Shown here piece after piece: positions 37,442-51,049 of a DNA stretch of 64,000 nucleotides. The notes beneath the pieces were generated by a model. It saw nothing but the letters and a program-made list of their open reading frames with translations, was not told the origin of the DNA and did no database searches. Positions within the stretch are counted from its first letter, which is position 1; each line of letters starts with the position of its first letter. The stretch lies in NCBI RefSeq assembly GCF_036321535.1, contig NC_087437.1, forward strand, positions 104,348,001-104,412,000, given 5' to 3'. Made by a program: the position numbers and the translations under genes. The DNA is from Camelus dromedarius (Eukaryota).

Positions 37442-37493
37442 TATACATACACACACACGTATATATGTGTGTGTATATATATATATATGTATA
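37442..37493. repeat. compound (CA)/(TG)/(TA) microsatellite
   Basis: 52 bp of strict purine-pyrimidine alternation. Confidence 0.9.
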
Positions 37494-38679
37494 ATATGAT
37501 ATAAATACATGTTATCCGTTGATTTAAAGAGAAGTTTAAACTTGAAATTAACCATTATAAATTACCAGGACATAATATTGAATGACTCCTGGACATTAAA
37601 AGTTGTGGAGGCCTAGACAAAGTCTCTTTGATTACACTAAATTACTAGCATCAGGCACATTTCAGAAATATAATTGATACTCAAAAAGAGTTGTAAATAA
37701 GGGAATGAATGAAAAGGTAATAATTGTAAAAGAAAGAAAGAAAACTCAATATATAAAAAATGTTTCCTCAAACATTGAGATTGCCTTTATTTCCTTTTTT
37801 AGTGATATTTTTAAGCTGTTAGACTATATTCTTCTAGATCCCCACAATTAGAGCCTCAGTGTTTTATTCCATAACTACTATCTTCATTTATGTCAGATGA
37901 GCAGATTATAGTGAAGCATACACCATGTCAGCAGGATAAATATGTGTCCAATTAAATTAAATTGTCTTGGATTAGGTTGAAACTACATTTTGATAATAGT
38001 TTGGATGCTTCATGTGTAATATAGGAAACTACATAATGGAAAGGTTTTTTATTCCCCTGAAAATGCATTTGCTTTCTTGTATATAATTTTTTCAAATGTT
38101 TAAGTAAAATCTCAATATTTAGCGAATTATACATTTGTATAAAGAGTCATTCATTATAGACTACATTTAGGTACATTGGTAAAAAATGTTTTGTAAAGCT
38201 AAACAGATGTCACAAAAAAATGTTTGTATTGTTTTTGTTGAATTTGCAATTGTCAGCATCTGTAATATGTCAGTAGGACAGGTTTGAATATGGCTGCCAA
38301 ATTTTCGTAGCCTACTAATTTTACGCTAAATATCACACCATCAATTAAACCCTTCAAAATAGGAAGATATCAATTAATGTATTGATTCCCCAGAGTTTGA
38401 TTTTTTAATTGAATCAGAGAAAATACGATTTGTTGAAGCCCACAGTTTCAGCATTTGCAAGATAAATATATGTTATAAATGAATAGGTTTTTTTTTTTCC
38501 TGTGTCAAAATAAAAATCTACGGTTACATTCTGGCTGTTCCTTATTTTAGGGGGAATAAACCCTTTTAGGAAATTTTGATAACAGGCCTCAAGTCATTAC
38601 CAGACTGTATTCAGTGTCTTAATCTTGTCTTTTTTCATGCATCTAAAAAGTCACCTTTGTGTTTTTTAACAGACAGATT

Positions 38680-38897
38680 TCACAGTCTACAGGTGGAACA
38701 GCTTGAATCCATGCCTGTGGAACTTAGGTTAAGTTCAACCATTCTGTGCTTTTGTTTCTTTATAAGAAAAAAATCAGAATAATGATAATACTTATTTTAT
38801 TGTACTATTATGAGGAATAGACAAAACAATATGTACAAAGCATTTAGAACAGTGCTTGTAATATTGCAAGTAATATGTAAGTGTTTTTATTATTGTT
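38680..38897 (+). mobile_element. MIR
   Basis: tctgtgcttttgtttctttat...ataatgataatactt...atgaggaat...aaagcatttagaacagtgcttg. Confidence 0.8.
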
Positions 38898-40054
38898 AAC
38901 TGTATCTCACTGCTCTAAGTCAGGCCTTCATCATGTCTTATTAAAGGTGTGTAATAATTTTCCATTGGACCTCTCTGCTCCCAGTTTTTAGATGTCCTGT
39001 TACTACAAGTAGCTTACAGTTTGATATTTTAGAAATTAAAATTCACATATATTAAGTCCATAAATGATTAACATTTTTCAACAGTTTATTTACAAGAATA
39101 ACTATTTTTTCCAACAACCTAGAACAAAGCCTTGGAATAAAGAAAAAAGTTTAAAAAGCTTTGTATTGTGATACCAATGCACTCATGCATTAACTTCTAC
39201 TGTTGGTACTAAATAGTTATGAACCCACAGGCAAATAATTTCAACTTTCTAAAGAAAATTATATTCTGTTCAAGAATGAAGAGTTAAAGCTTGCCTCTTA
39301 GATTTATGAGCATTAATAAAATAAATTTATGGGTTTAAAAATAAAACTCAAAGCAAGTTTTCTCTCATGCAGCATTCAATGACTTTAAGTAACTGCTGTT
39401 ATTATTGCAATTGTAGTTTTATTATATGATGTGCACTTTTCATCAAATGACGTATTAACTTTCTAGGTCTTGTTTGTTTATGTATTGACTTCCATCAGAA
39501 AAGGGGTTGTTTTGTTACCTTGTACAAGACCAACTATCCTGTGATCTTTTATAAGCCACAGTACACTCATGTACGTCTCTTCATACAACTATATATAATA
39601 TGCATATTTTTATATGTGTGCTTCTGGAAAAAAAAATAATTATGTGCCAAGTGCCTCAACTTTAATATAGCAGAAATGAATTGGAAAATAAAATTAAAAA
39701 TAAAGGTCAACAACTGAACCAAAAATATGTTTCGCTGGAGAACTGACCTTAAATATATTCTTTTAATTGTTCTGATTCATATCACTTCAGATTTTCACAT
39801 CCAGATACTTTCAGTTCAATTCAATCTATACTTTTAATTGTTCTCTGTATTTTAAAAATGTGAGAAGATGGTTTAAGAATAGCATTTATTTTATCACAAT
39901 AATATATTTGTGTATATACTTTGTACTATGTATATTCATATATATATGAATATACACATTCTTCTCTGGTACCCTAGTCATTTTCATTATGGAAAATTTA
40001 TCCTTTCAGAGAATTCCATATCCCTTATCATATTGGAGTCTCACAAACTTTCCC

Positions 40055-40578
40055 TGAGTTTGACAGTGTAGTCCTAAATGATCCCTGACTCTGGTTATTC
40101 TCTTTTAGGCCCCAAAGGACTGTGACTGGCCCATATATGCAGTAGGATATGGCAGAAATGGTGTCCTCTGACTCCCACGGCCAAGTTGTAAAAGATATCA
40201 AGGCTTCACTTTAAATTCTCCTGAATCACTCACTCTGGGGGAAGTCATCTACCATGTTACGAGGACACATGCAACTGTGAAGAAATCCAGATTACTAGTC
40301 AATAACTGAGTTCTCCTGGCCACAAGCTCATCAGTTTGCCAGGCATGTGAATGAGCCACCTTGATAGCGGATCTTCTGATCCTAGATAAGCACTCAGATG
40401 ATAGAAGCCCCAGTCAAAAACCTACTCTGTAGTCCCAGCAGAAAACTTGATTCACAACCAGTCAGCTAAACTGCACCCTAGTGTTTGTCAATAGAAACTC
40501 TGAAATATCATCTTTATTAAATGTCTTAAACACTAAGTGTTTAGGCAATTTATTACACAGCTATGGGAAAAGAATCCA
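40055..40578 (+). mobile_element. MaLR solo LTR, MLT1F/G-like
   Basis: atatggcagaaatg...cactcactctgggggaagtca.ctaccatgtt..gaggacac...atgtgaatgagccaccttg...cactaagt.tttaggcaatttattacacagc; 5' limit approximate. Confidence 0.85.
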
Positions 40579-40594
40579 GGTAGAAATGAGCTGA

Positions 40595-40700
40595 TCATGC
40601 CGATTTTTTCAGATGACTAAACTGAGGGTCTGATACATTAAATTATTTTCTCAATATCATAGAACTAGTTTGGAATATAATGGGGATTTGAGTACAGTTT
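40595..40700 (-). mobile_element. MIR fragment
   Basis: ttttcagatgactaaactgagg...gggatttgagtacag. Confidence 0.6.
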
Positions 40701-41627
40701 TTTATTTTTTCTTAGACAAGAAAGCTTTACAAACAGGCAGTTGGTGAAAATGACCCAAAGGAGGCCATTGAAGTGGCATAATCACATGCTTCTTATGCTC
40801 CCCATAGTCATGAAATATTAACGGTAATCTAGATAGATTCTCCATTCCTCTCATTCTACCCTTCAGCTCTTAGGAATTGAACAGTATTGAATAACTTTCT
40901 TCATAAAAGCAGCTCCCTCTGCATATCTAACTCTAATATTTATACACCATTAATTCCTTATTGATTATCAGGGACTTTCCATCCTGGCTAGGAATATAGA
41001 TAAGTTACTAGTATCACAATTTTAATGCACCAGAGAGCCATGAAAGAAACAAGAGTTGATGAACTAAAATTCTAGGGAAATGAGCATATTTCTGAAGTTA
41101 ATTGATAATCTAAGGTCATTTCCTTCCATGAGGTCATCACCACAAAAGCGATGGAAATATACCAATTTATTGGTAACTATAAAAACTAAGGCAACTCTTT
41201 GCTAAGACATGAAAAAATTTAACCTAACTGAAGTGGAGCTGGGCCTGGATTGAAAAGTACAGCTTCCATAAACCCAACTCCCAGAATATGAAGAGTGAGA
41301 ATGTGCTAGTCAAAATCAAGGATCACAATAAACAAAAAAGATGGGTATATACATGTATTCAGGTATTAGGCTTGGAGATAAACATAAACATATCATTTAT
41401 CCCCATATATAATCATATATATATGATTTCTGTGACTTGGTTTCTAGACTACCATGATGATACAATTAGAAAGAGACTGTAGGATTTTCATTCCTCTCTG
41501 TGCCTAGTGAAAAGTTTTAGATAAATGATTGTTAACAGAGCAGGAAGAGAATTCGGTTGTATACATTAATGTTTTTCCCAATGATAAGGGGAGTATCTGC
41601 AAAGAAAAGTAGTTAATAGGTCTTTGT

Positions 41628-41701
41628 TGGAAGGAAGGAAGGACAGAAGGAAGAAAGGAAGACAGGAGAAAAAGAGGAAGGGAGAAGTAGGGAGGAAGGA
41701 G
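41628..41701. repeat. (GGAA)n-like polypurine tract
   Basis: direct reading. Confidence 0.75.
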
Positions 41702-42764
41702 ATAGTAAAGACCTATTTGTTTAGTTAAGAAAAGAAATCAGCACTATTTCTGAGTACAAGTTATGGGCTTGCTCCTAAGCAGTCAGTCATCTCCTTACAA
41801 AAATTCAGGGCTTGTTTTGATATTTTACATCAATTTGGTACAATATCATCAAAGCGAATGAGGATTAGCCATTTTGAGGATCAATAATTTCTTCATGCAA
41901 AATAAAAATTGTTTTCTTATGTTGGACATATTTCTATGTGTGAATATGTACCATGTTTATAGATATATTTGTATAAACACAGTATAAATTCTGCTTTCAT
42001 ATTTTCGCTTGTGAGTACACATCATCACATCATGTTTGTGCCAAATAATCATTAAAATGAAAGTCTTATTTTAATATAATGGTGAATATATTTGACCATA
42101 AATAAGTTACCATTTTTGTTGTTAAGTAGGATTTTTAGTGCTATTTTTGTATGTACAATTATGTTGATTTCCTCCAAAGCGATTGATCCAAAAAATAAGT
42201 TTCTGTTTAAAGTTAATTTATTTTTCCCAGGAAAAGTAAATGAAAATAGCAATAATAATTACTCAAAAATATCTGTTATGCTCGAAATCAAAAGAAGTTA
42301 AGAATAAGTAAAATAGAAAAGTTACTAAAACAAAACATAGCTGATGTGTTTTTGTTGATGAAACATAATCCATGGTATGTTCTTCAATGAAATTAGAATG
42401 GCTAATATTGATTTTTAGAATTTTAATGTTAATTTATTCATGTTATCAAATAAGACTTCTAAACATGAGGAGTTAATACCTAGTTTTATATTTAACATGT
42501 GGTATGATGATATTAAAGATTATTTGATATGTATGTGTATGTTATTTTTTTCCTTTTAACAGCCTCTCCATTTACAGCCTTCCTTCTCCACCCTTAACTT
42601 ACATTTTCACAATGAAAGAGACAACAGACCACTGTCAGCTAGAAAGGAAAGAGACAACAGAGAAGCTTATATTGTCTGGTGGGTCCAGGACTTGACATAT
42701 ACGATAGATCTGGAAAACAATATGGAAGTTGACAGCTTTTCCACAACAGGAAGTTTTTTTTTCT

Positions 42765-42840
42765 ACACAGACACAGACACACACAGACACACACACACAC
42801 ATACACACACACACACACACAGACACACACACACACACAC
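42765..42840. repeat. long interrupted (AC)n microsatellite, 76 bp
   Basis: Direct reading; it explains the CV/TH-repeat ORFs in the track. Confidence 0.95.
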
Positions 42841-44874
42841 CTGTCTATGGTGAACAGGAATTTGAAAGAAACACAGAAAAGCTGAATAGAGTATGTGGGC
42901 TTTACCTATTTTTTGCTGTCTTCACTCCTATTTACATGTGAGTGGAAACAGTGCATGACTATGGATATTTAAGAGAGAAATCATCACAAGGTGCTAGGAT
43001 ACTGCAGTACAATGTCAGTACAATGTCAAGGGCTCCATCAGAGTTTGGGGATGGTGGCTTATGCTCCAGTCCCCATGACTCCAGAGGTGAGACTAGAGAT
43101 GGCTTTTGGGTGGTAGTCTGCAGATAGGGTAGAGTCATTTCATGGCAGGCCTTCTAGTGCCCATTTGGGCAGTTCTAAACATCCAATGAAATAAGGGAAA
43201 AGCTTAAACCTGTGAAAGGCTAATTTTAATTGAATTTTGCTTGAGAAAGCTAGAAAAATGTTTGTTTATGGAATTTTTTTTTTAATGTTTTCATTTGCTG
43301 GGAATAAGTTTTGGTTTGTGATAACTCCTTTGGAGGTTGTTTGGAATTATATTTTATTTACGCACGGAATCTTGCCCTTAATTTCACTATTTTTTAATTA
43401 AGTGTTATTTAAATACATGTTATGAGATAACGGTTTTCTGTCATTTGCTTTAAAGTAAACTTGATTTTTATATTCTAAACTTTTTTGAATTTTTAATAGT
43501 TTATTGATATCCAACAGGTCAAACATTTCATACTTTCATGCTTTAATCCATATCATTTGTCATGTTTTGAGCTATACCTTACATTTTAAAATCAGATTGA
43601 CACTGCACCTGCCCTCCAGTGAATGTATGTGTGCAGACAGGCTGTTTCTACTATAATGAGGTGAATAAGAATGTCCATTTCACCCTAACACAAATTATTT
43701 TAAATGCAGCTATTGATTTATTTACTTAAAGGCTTTTGCTTTACAGAGATGTTATGAATATCAAGTCTCAATTACTGCATTTTAAATTTATTTTCTACCT
43801 GAAGCATCATGTTTAAACCAGAACAATTACATGGGTTATGCTGAGTAATTTTTCATTATTATAAGTGCTAAACCACCAAGAAGGACATTTAATTTGGAGG
43901 CTAGATTAAGAAGAAACATGCTTCATTGGTTGTTACTATGTCAGGAAAGTGAGCAAGAGACTTTAAGGATAAAGTTTTAGGAACAAAAAAAATATTCTCT
44001 CCCCTGTGCTTGAGCTATAAAACCATTGGCCTTAATCCATCTCACTAGTAAGAGGGTATTATGTAGTCCTAAAAATAAATGTGCTTGGGGGTCAAAAGGA
44101 TATAGAAGCTGTGAAAAAATGTGAAAGTAATGTGGAAACATGAAAATATCATAGAAGATATATAAAGGCCCATTTTTAGCAGGTCTATAACCTCTGCTGG
44201 TCACTGATCTCTGTTTATTCTACAGGGTCTTTGAGAATCAATTTCTAGAAGTATGTAAGTCATTTATAAATTAATGCACCTTGTAGACAGGTGAGGCTCC
44301 ACAGAGGCACACCGCTATGCTCCCACTGAGTACCCCCAGAGAGTCAGCTGAGACAGATTAACTTCTTGGAGGCTCAAAAGCATCAATACTCATCACTAGA
44401 ATCAGGATAGTTGATGGTGACGAGAATTGATGGTGAGTCTGTGTTTGTCTACAAGGACTGTACATAGAACCTAAATCCACTGGGGTTTCTTTAAAAATAT
44501 CTTAATTTTATTGACATTTGATGAAGAAATTGTGGTACTCAAGTCACTAGGCTTTCCTGTCATGCAATGACTCAGCAGAAAATTGAGCTAAGAAATTGAG
44601 CTTTCTAGAAGGCAATTGCAAACCAAACTGCTGCTTTCAACCTAGCCTAATTATTCCAGCTAAGAAAAGTCCCTGCAAGTGAAATGGTCTTTCATTTTAG
44701 TTTTTAACTGACCTAATAATCACCTTATCTCATAATAGTATGCCTCACTCTGTGCTCTGGGGAATTGTTTTCTCAACAGTCAAATTAATGTCAAGCAAAT
44801 CAAACTGTGTGTAATGAGACTTTATTTTAAATTATAAACAGAGAATTTCAATCATGTGAACAAAAGAAATATCA

Positions 44875-45487
44875 CCTTCCCTTTCAATGATTTTTCCATT
44901 ATTCCAAGACTAAACTCTAAATGTCTGAACACAACTTATAAGGTCCTGGATAATACGTTTAGAACCCTCTTGGCCTCCTGTTTTAATTTGCTAAACCAGA
45001 GCTTCACTGATCAACACTTAATTTGAGCTTGACACATTCCTACCAGTGTCAGGATCTGACCATGATGTTACCTTAACTAAGAAGAGCCATCTTTTCTCTT
45101 TGCGTTCTTTACACTCATTGTTCAGATCCCATTTTATATATTTGGTTTAATGTCATGTCTTCAGGGACAACTTGTCCAGGCCTGCAGCCTCTCTATAATA
45201 AACATATAAACAGCGCCCTAAATTTTTTTCAGAATATTTTCACAATAACTCTGTATGTGAAATAAATCATTAAAAGAAAACAAAATTTCTTGGGAGGTAT
45301 AATTTAAAACACAGTTTAACAAGCAACTGTAGTGTGCTTTTTGTGAGTATTGATTTCATATCTTTTTCCCTCTTATACTCTAAATTCTAGGTATCCAGGG
45401 GTAATCATTACTTTGCTGCCCGGTATATCTCTAGCTCCTAGGGCACTGCCTTACACATAATCATCAATTTGATAAATATTTAATGAC
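44875..45487 (+). mobile_element. L2 3' region
   Basis: ctttcaatgattt...aaggtcctggataat...tatatctctagctcctagggcactgccttacacataat...ataaatatttaatga (L2 terminus). Confidence 0.75.
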
Positions 45488-47469
45488 ATTAATTTCTTCA
45501 ATTAGCATATTAAAATAGCACTCCCTATCTCCAATCTGCTAATGAAGAATGATCAATTGAAAGTCAAGAAAAACCACATTCTACTTAGTTTATCTATATT
45601 CAGCCTATTACATATTGAGGACTCCAAGCAACTTACTGTACTGACTAGCAGAGTTATTAGAATAATATTTCCATAACTCTCAGTAGTCAATACGGATTTG
45701 TGATAATTGATAATGAGTGAGAGAGACATTTTACTAACGGATTGATTCGTCAAAAAACTGACCAGATTGACACTGATGCAAAATGCAGTCCAAAGGTTAA
45801 TGATTCTTTCGGAAACATACATAGAGACTTTTAAATCAAGAGCTTGAGATAGTTCTTTTTACCATTTTATACCAACACTTAAATTTAAAATGGCTAAAAT
45901 AAAAATTATTTTTCTTATAAAATTTTCCTTATATAAAATGCATTATTAAATTTAAATGATGATAAATATAGGTGTATGATCAATTTGGTACATATTTATG
46001 TCTTTTTATGTAGTTAACATCCTTGGACAGAAACAATTGACCTGAGGCATTATCAGCATAATTTGTATCATGCAATCTAGGCTGTAATTAAACATCATAT
46101 CCCAAGCATCTTAAAATATACTCGTCTTTTATTGTATTGCCAGATCCCTGATTGGAAGCCACATCAATTCAACAGCTAAAATAAAGCAATGATCATGAAT
46201 CAGATAATTATCAGAGAGCCTTCCACATCTGTTGGTCCAAAGAGAATTCATATCTCTCTCTTTGTGCATCATTCCACACATAGGAAAAAGTTGATCCACT
46301 ATCCACTTTAGTTACAGAATTTGAGAATTTCCAGAGAGAGAAAGAAACTGATATAGAACTAGACACAGGCATTTATTCATCATCATTTATGGTGACAATT
46401 TATGTATTATTTGAATGTCAGCTGCATTAAAATATATGTGTATGTAATCTCCTTTAAGCTGGTTTCTAAATGTCATAATTAAATTACGTGTTTTGCTAAT
46501 TTGAGGAAAGCAGTGTTAATTTTTGAGATGATAATGCACTTTTTTTTCTCTTTCCACAACTATTTTTCTATGTTTGTTATATGCATAGGCACATCCTTTC
46601 TTTAGTTTTACATTGTGTGAGGCTGAAATTGCTTTCATGTAAATTCACCTACAGAGAGATCATAAAGTAGACTCTGTCAAAATGTCCCTGTAATGCATTT
46701 TAAATATAAATGGAAAATTGGCATTTCTCAGTATATCTTATTTTAGTAAGAATGTATTTTTCCACATACAAGTTTTAAGTTCCCGCTTACATAAACACCT
46801 GTTCTGGCTGTTGTTTCCAGTTTAATGAGTCTGGGGACGTTTATATCTCTGAACTGAGAGTTGTTCTATCGTTTTGACATTTAATTTTGTTTCTCTTTTA
46901 TAAATGTCTTGTAAAAAGAGAATCATTTAGCATCTGTTTCGTTATCTACCAACATCTGTCCCAGTTATCTACTGTAACAAAAAATACACACTTCTTAAAT
47001 CACAGATTGATTCAGTCTTTGTGGTGGCGTTCTTAATAGCACAAATTTCAGTGATGTATTAATGTAATATGTTATTAAAAGAAACATTTTCCCTCCATTA
47101 CTATACATATATAGTACATATGTATAATGAGAGAGAGAAAATGTTTATTTTTGTAATAACATATATACATATATATACACACACATATAAATTCCGGACT
47201 TCTGTAAAGAAATTATTTGGAGACTTGAATCAATTATTTTAAAGATTTAGGTAAGATTCTTCCTTTTGGAAAAAAAAAAAAAAGTGGAGCCAGATAGAAT
47301 TTTAGCAGTGATGAGTTTGAATGCTTTAAAGATAAGAGTCATCCTATAAAATTCACTTAAAAACATTTAAAAATATGAAATCATCAAAAGAGCTTCTTTC
47401 CCAAAAAAGGTACTCAAAAACCTCACAACCTGTCAAATACATTCAACCTTTATTGAGGCAAACCTCCAC

Positions 47470-47826
47470 AGTGATCCAGACCTCCTACATTCAGACTTGT
47501 TTATCTGAGATTCTGATCTGGAAGTGATCTCCAAGGAGAAGGGAATATTTTTGGCTGATTCAAGAGGAATCTAAATTTCAGGAGCAGCTGTGGTCTGAGT
47601 CAGGGACACTGAAGAGGCATTGGTGAGGCCCACAGCGTCAGCCATCGCAGTGCTTGCACTAGTGCTGAGTGAGGTAGCGGCAGCTGGGATGCTTCCTACC
47701 TGGGTAGTGCTTTGGGACTGGTTCTCTGGCCCTATAAACAGTTGCTTTTCTTTTTTTTTTTTTTTTTTTTTTCCCTTAATTTGCAGAGTCACTGCCTTTG
47801 GCTACTATTAAAACCCTGAGAATACA
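47470..47826 (+). mobile_element. old ERVL-type LTR (LTR33/MLT2-like end)
   Basis: GC-richer block ending cttaatttgcagagtc...aaaaccctgagaataca; subfamily and 5' limit uncertain. Confidence 0.45.
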
Positions 47827-47829
47827 AGA

Positions 47830-48135
47830 GAAATAAACAGTAAACAATAACTGCTTAATGTATTATTAGGTGTTTATATGCACTCTGAAAATAAATCAAG
47901 AAAAAGAAAGTGATGGGAGCTGCAATTTCGAATAGAGTGGTCAGGACAGGTTAGACTTGAAAATACTCATGTTTCTAGATGCTTCAGTTTAGTGTAAGAA
48001 GGCAGTATTTCAAAAGGTTTGAATGAAGTTTGAAAATGAGCTCTAATATATTAAGAGAAGAAGCTTCCACGTCCAGCTAACAGAAGTGAAAATGTCTTCA
48101 GGTAGAAATACACTTGGTGTGCATGAGAGAGTGTT
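47830..48135 (-). mobile_element. L2 fragment
   Basis: tgcaatttcgaatagagtggtcagga...cttggtgtgcatgag. Confidence 0.55.
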
Positions 48136-49165
48136 CAGGGTATTTTTTCAAATAACAAAAATATTGTAAACAAAAATTATGATGAACATATTATGTATAT
48201 TTAGTGTAAGATTAATCTTCCATTTAATTAAAAGTCATAAAAGTCTATGCAATAGATATTGCCTCAGAATAATAACAAAACTAAAGAAAATAATTAAAAG
48301 AATCAGCACTGTATTTAGTGTAAAATATGTCATTGTCCCTGGTAGAACATAAACACCTTTGACTTGTTTTTGGTTATATAACAATTAGCATTTGCTGAAT
48401 ACATTTTTATTTATGAAACTGTTCTATTCTGGACCTGATTTACTTTTAGATTTATAAAATATTCATGCTAAATATTAAAATACAGAGTTAATGCATTCTT
48501 TTTAATTGGTCCAGAATATATTTCAACAATATTTTAAAAACCAAATGTTATTATGAAAAGTGAGTCATGATATTTTGTTTTATAGGTTGAAAGACGTGAT
48601 CTTGAAATACTCCTTATGATGAAGGAAATATCAGGCATAGATGAAGGAGACCTCAGATGGGGAGATACAGTAGTAAAGAGATAATGGTTACAGACAGCTA
48701 GATAAGTACATATAGTGCAATATAGGTAGTGTCATATCTAACACTATTACTAAAGGTTAGTAAGTTTATGGTTTTATCCAACTTTCTAAAAATTAAAGGT
48801 AAAATCCAATAAAAATTACAAATATCATAACTGAGAGCCACATGCATAGTACAGAGTGTGTTCATTTCTGACACTTGCTATCTAGACAGAAATTGTGGGA
48901 CAATTCTCTCCTGTCCTCAAACCAACTTGTATTGTTTGCTGTAGTTGCAGCTGAGGCCATGGCTTAACAGTAACTACAACAGTATAAACATATTATACTT
49001 TTCAAAGTCAGAAAAATAGAAAACAGACATCTAACATTGGGAAAGCCCACGTTTACTCAATTCCTAATTCCTGGTGATTGTTTGCACTGAAAGTTCCTCA
49101 GTCAAACTGTCAAGTTTCTGTCCTTCCAAAACTCCATACAGAGACAAGTTACATGCTCATCATAT

Positions 49166-49238
49166 ATGTTATGTTACGTTACGTTACGTTAAGTTATGCT
49201 ATGTTACATTATGTTACATTATATTATATTGTTATATT
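49166..49238. repeat. degenerate pentanucleotide tandem repeat (AYRTT)n
   Basis: 13 in-phase units at 49166-49230 plus a partial unit. Confidence 0.9.
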
Positions 49239-49644
49239 CCTTGCCTATATATTCCTCATCTTATATGAATCGTTTTAAGCCTCTGATAATGATTTCCCTA
49301 ATAAAGTTGATGTTAACTCATGTAAGCAAGTTTTTCATGAAATGCATTTTATGGCATTCATGTTTAGTCTTTCTTATTATCAAATATAAAAACAAACATA
49401 TGCTTTTACCACATTATGCAGCAAAATGTTATAGAAAATTCAGGGAGAAAAAATGAATCTAGTCCTAACTAATCCCCTTAATGTTTTTCAAGGGAAAGTT
49501 TTAATGAGAATGTAATTTTTCTGTCTTTTGTAAATGCCAAAGTTTGAAATGATCTTTGATACAAGAAATACAATGATGTTATCATTTGCATCCAATATAT
49601 TTTTAATCTTTATACTGATGGCAAAAGGAAAAACAAAAGTTTGG

Positions 49645-51049
49645 GGTCAAGAAGATGAGAAGATAAGTCACAGATCAAGAGAAAATATTTGCAAAAGATA
49701 TATCTGCTAAAGGACTGTCATGTGAAATGTACAATGAACCCTTAAAACTCAATAATAAGAAAACAAGCAACCCAATTAACAGACACTTCACCAAAAAAGA
49801 TATACAGGTGGCAAACAAAAATATGAAAAGATGTTTTACATCATATTCCATTTGGGAAATGCGCATTAAAACAAAATGAGATACCACTACATACCTTTTA
49901 GAATGGTCAAATTTCGGAACACCGACAACACCAAATGCTGGTGAGGATGTGGAACAATAAGAACTCTTACTCATTGTTGGTGGAAGTGCTAAATGGTACA
50001 GCCACTTTGGAAGACTGGTTTCTTACAAAATTAAACATAGTCTTACCACATGATGTAGAAATCATGCTCCTTTGGTATTTACCCACATAGGTGAAAATTT
50101 ATGTCTACACAAAAACTTGCATGCAGAGGTTTATAGCAGCTTATTTATAATTGTCCAAGTTTGGAACAACCAAGATGTCTTTCAGTAGATGAATGGATAA
50201 CTAAACTGTATATTCAGACAATACAATATTATTCAGCACTAAAAAATGATCTATCAATTCATCAAAAGACATGGAGTAAAATTAAATGCATTGTTAGTAA
50301 GTGAAAGAAGCCAATCTGAAAAGATTAATGCTGTATAATTCCATATATACAACATTCTAGAAAAGGCAAAACCATGGAAAAACTTAGTGGTTGCTGGCAT
50401 GGGGAGGAAGGGACAGGTAAATAAGTGGAACAGGTAAATAAATGGAACACTGATTTATAAGCCAGTGAAACTATTCTATATGATACTGCAATAATGGATA
50501 TATGTTGTTATAAATTTGTCCAAACCCATGGAATGTACAGCATAAAGAGTGAACCCTAATGTACACTACAGACTTTGGGTGATAATGATGTGTCAATGTA
50601 GGTTCATTATTGTAACACATGTGCTGCTGGGGAGGGGGTTGTTGATGATGATGAAGGCTATACATGTGTATGGGCAGGGGTTATATGGGAAATCTCTGTA
50701 TTTTCAGCCTAGTTTTTCTTTGAACCTAAAACTGCTCCCTTCCAAAAAAATGTTCAAATATTTTATGATATCACTTATATGTGGAATATAAAAAATAATA
50801 CAAATGAATCTATATACAAAACAGAAACAGATTCACAGACACAGAAAGCAAATTTATGGGAACCAAAGGGAAAAGGGAGGAGGGGAAGGATAATTTAGGA
50901 GTATAGGATTAACAGATACAAACTACTGTACATAAAATAGGTAAGCATCAAGGATTTACTGTACAACACAGGGAAATATATTCAATATCTTGTAATAATG
51001 GAAATAATCTAAAAATATATATATAACTGAAAAAAGTCTATTGAAAAAA
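49645..51049 (+). mobile_element. second L1MC (L1MC1/2-like) ORF2 end and 3' UTR, tail interrupted
   Basis: Collinear with 1255-2414; gtgaaccctaatgta.acta..gactttgggtgataatgatgtgtcaatgtaggttcat; the terminal aaagtctatt is displaced to about 51033-51042. Confidence 0.9.
50755..51029 (+). mobile_element. cetartiodactyl-type L1 3' UTR fragment inside the L1MC tail
   Basis: atgatatcacttatatgtggaat...caaaacagaaacagattcacagac...gattaacagatacaaactact...cacagggaaatatattcaatatcttgtaata. Confidence 0.85.

Noticed and set aside
43005..43028. Tandem duplication of CAGTACAATGT
   Set aside because: A simple two-copy slippage duplication with no further structure.
45720..45860. CR1/L2 RT-like peptide KKLTRLTLMQNAVQRLM
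   Set aside because: Only a short loose resemblance to the LQxxQNAAARL motif, with stops nearby; not supportable without an HMM search.
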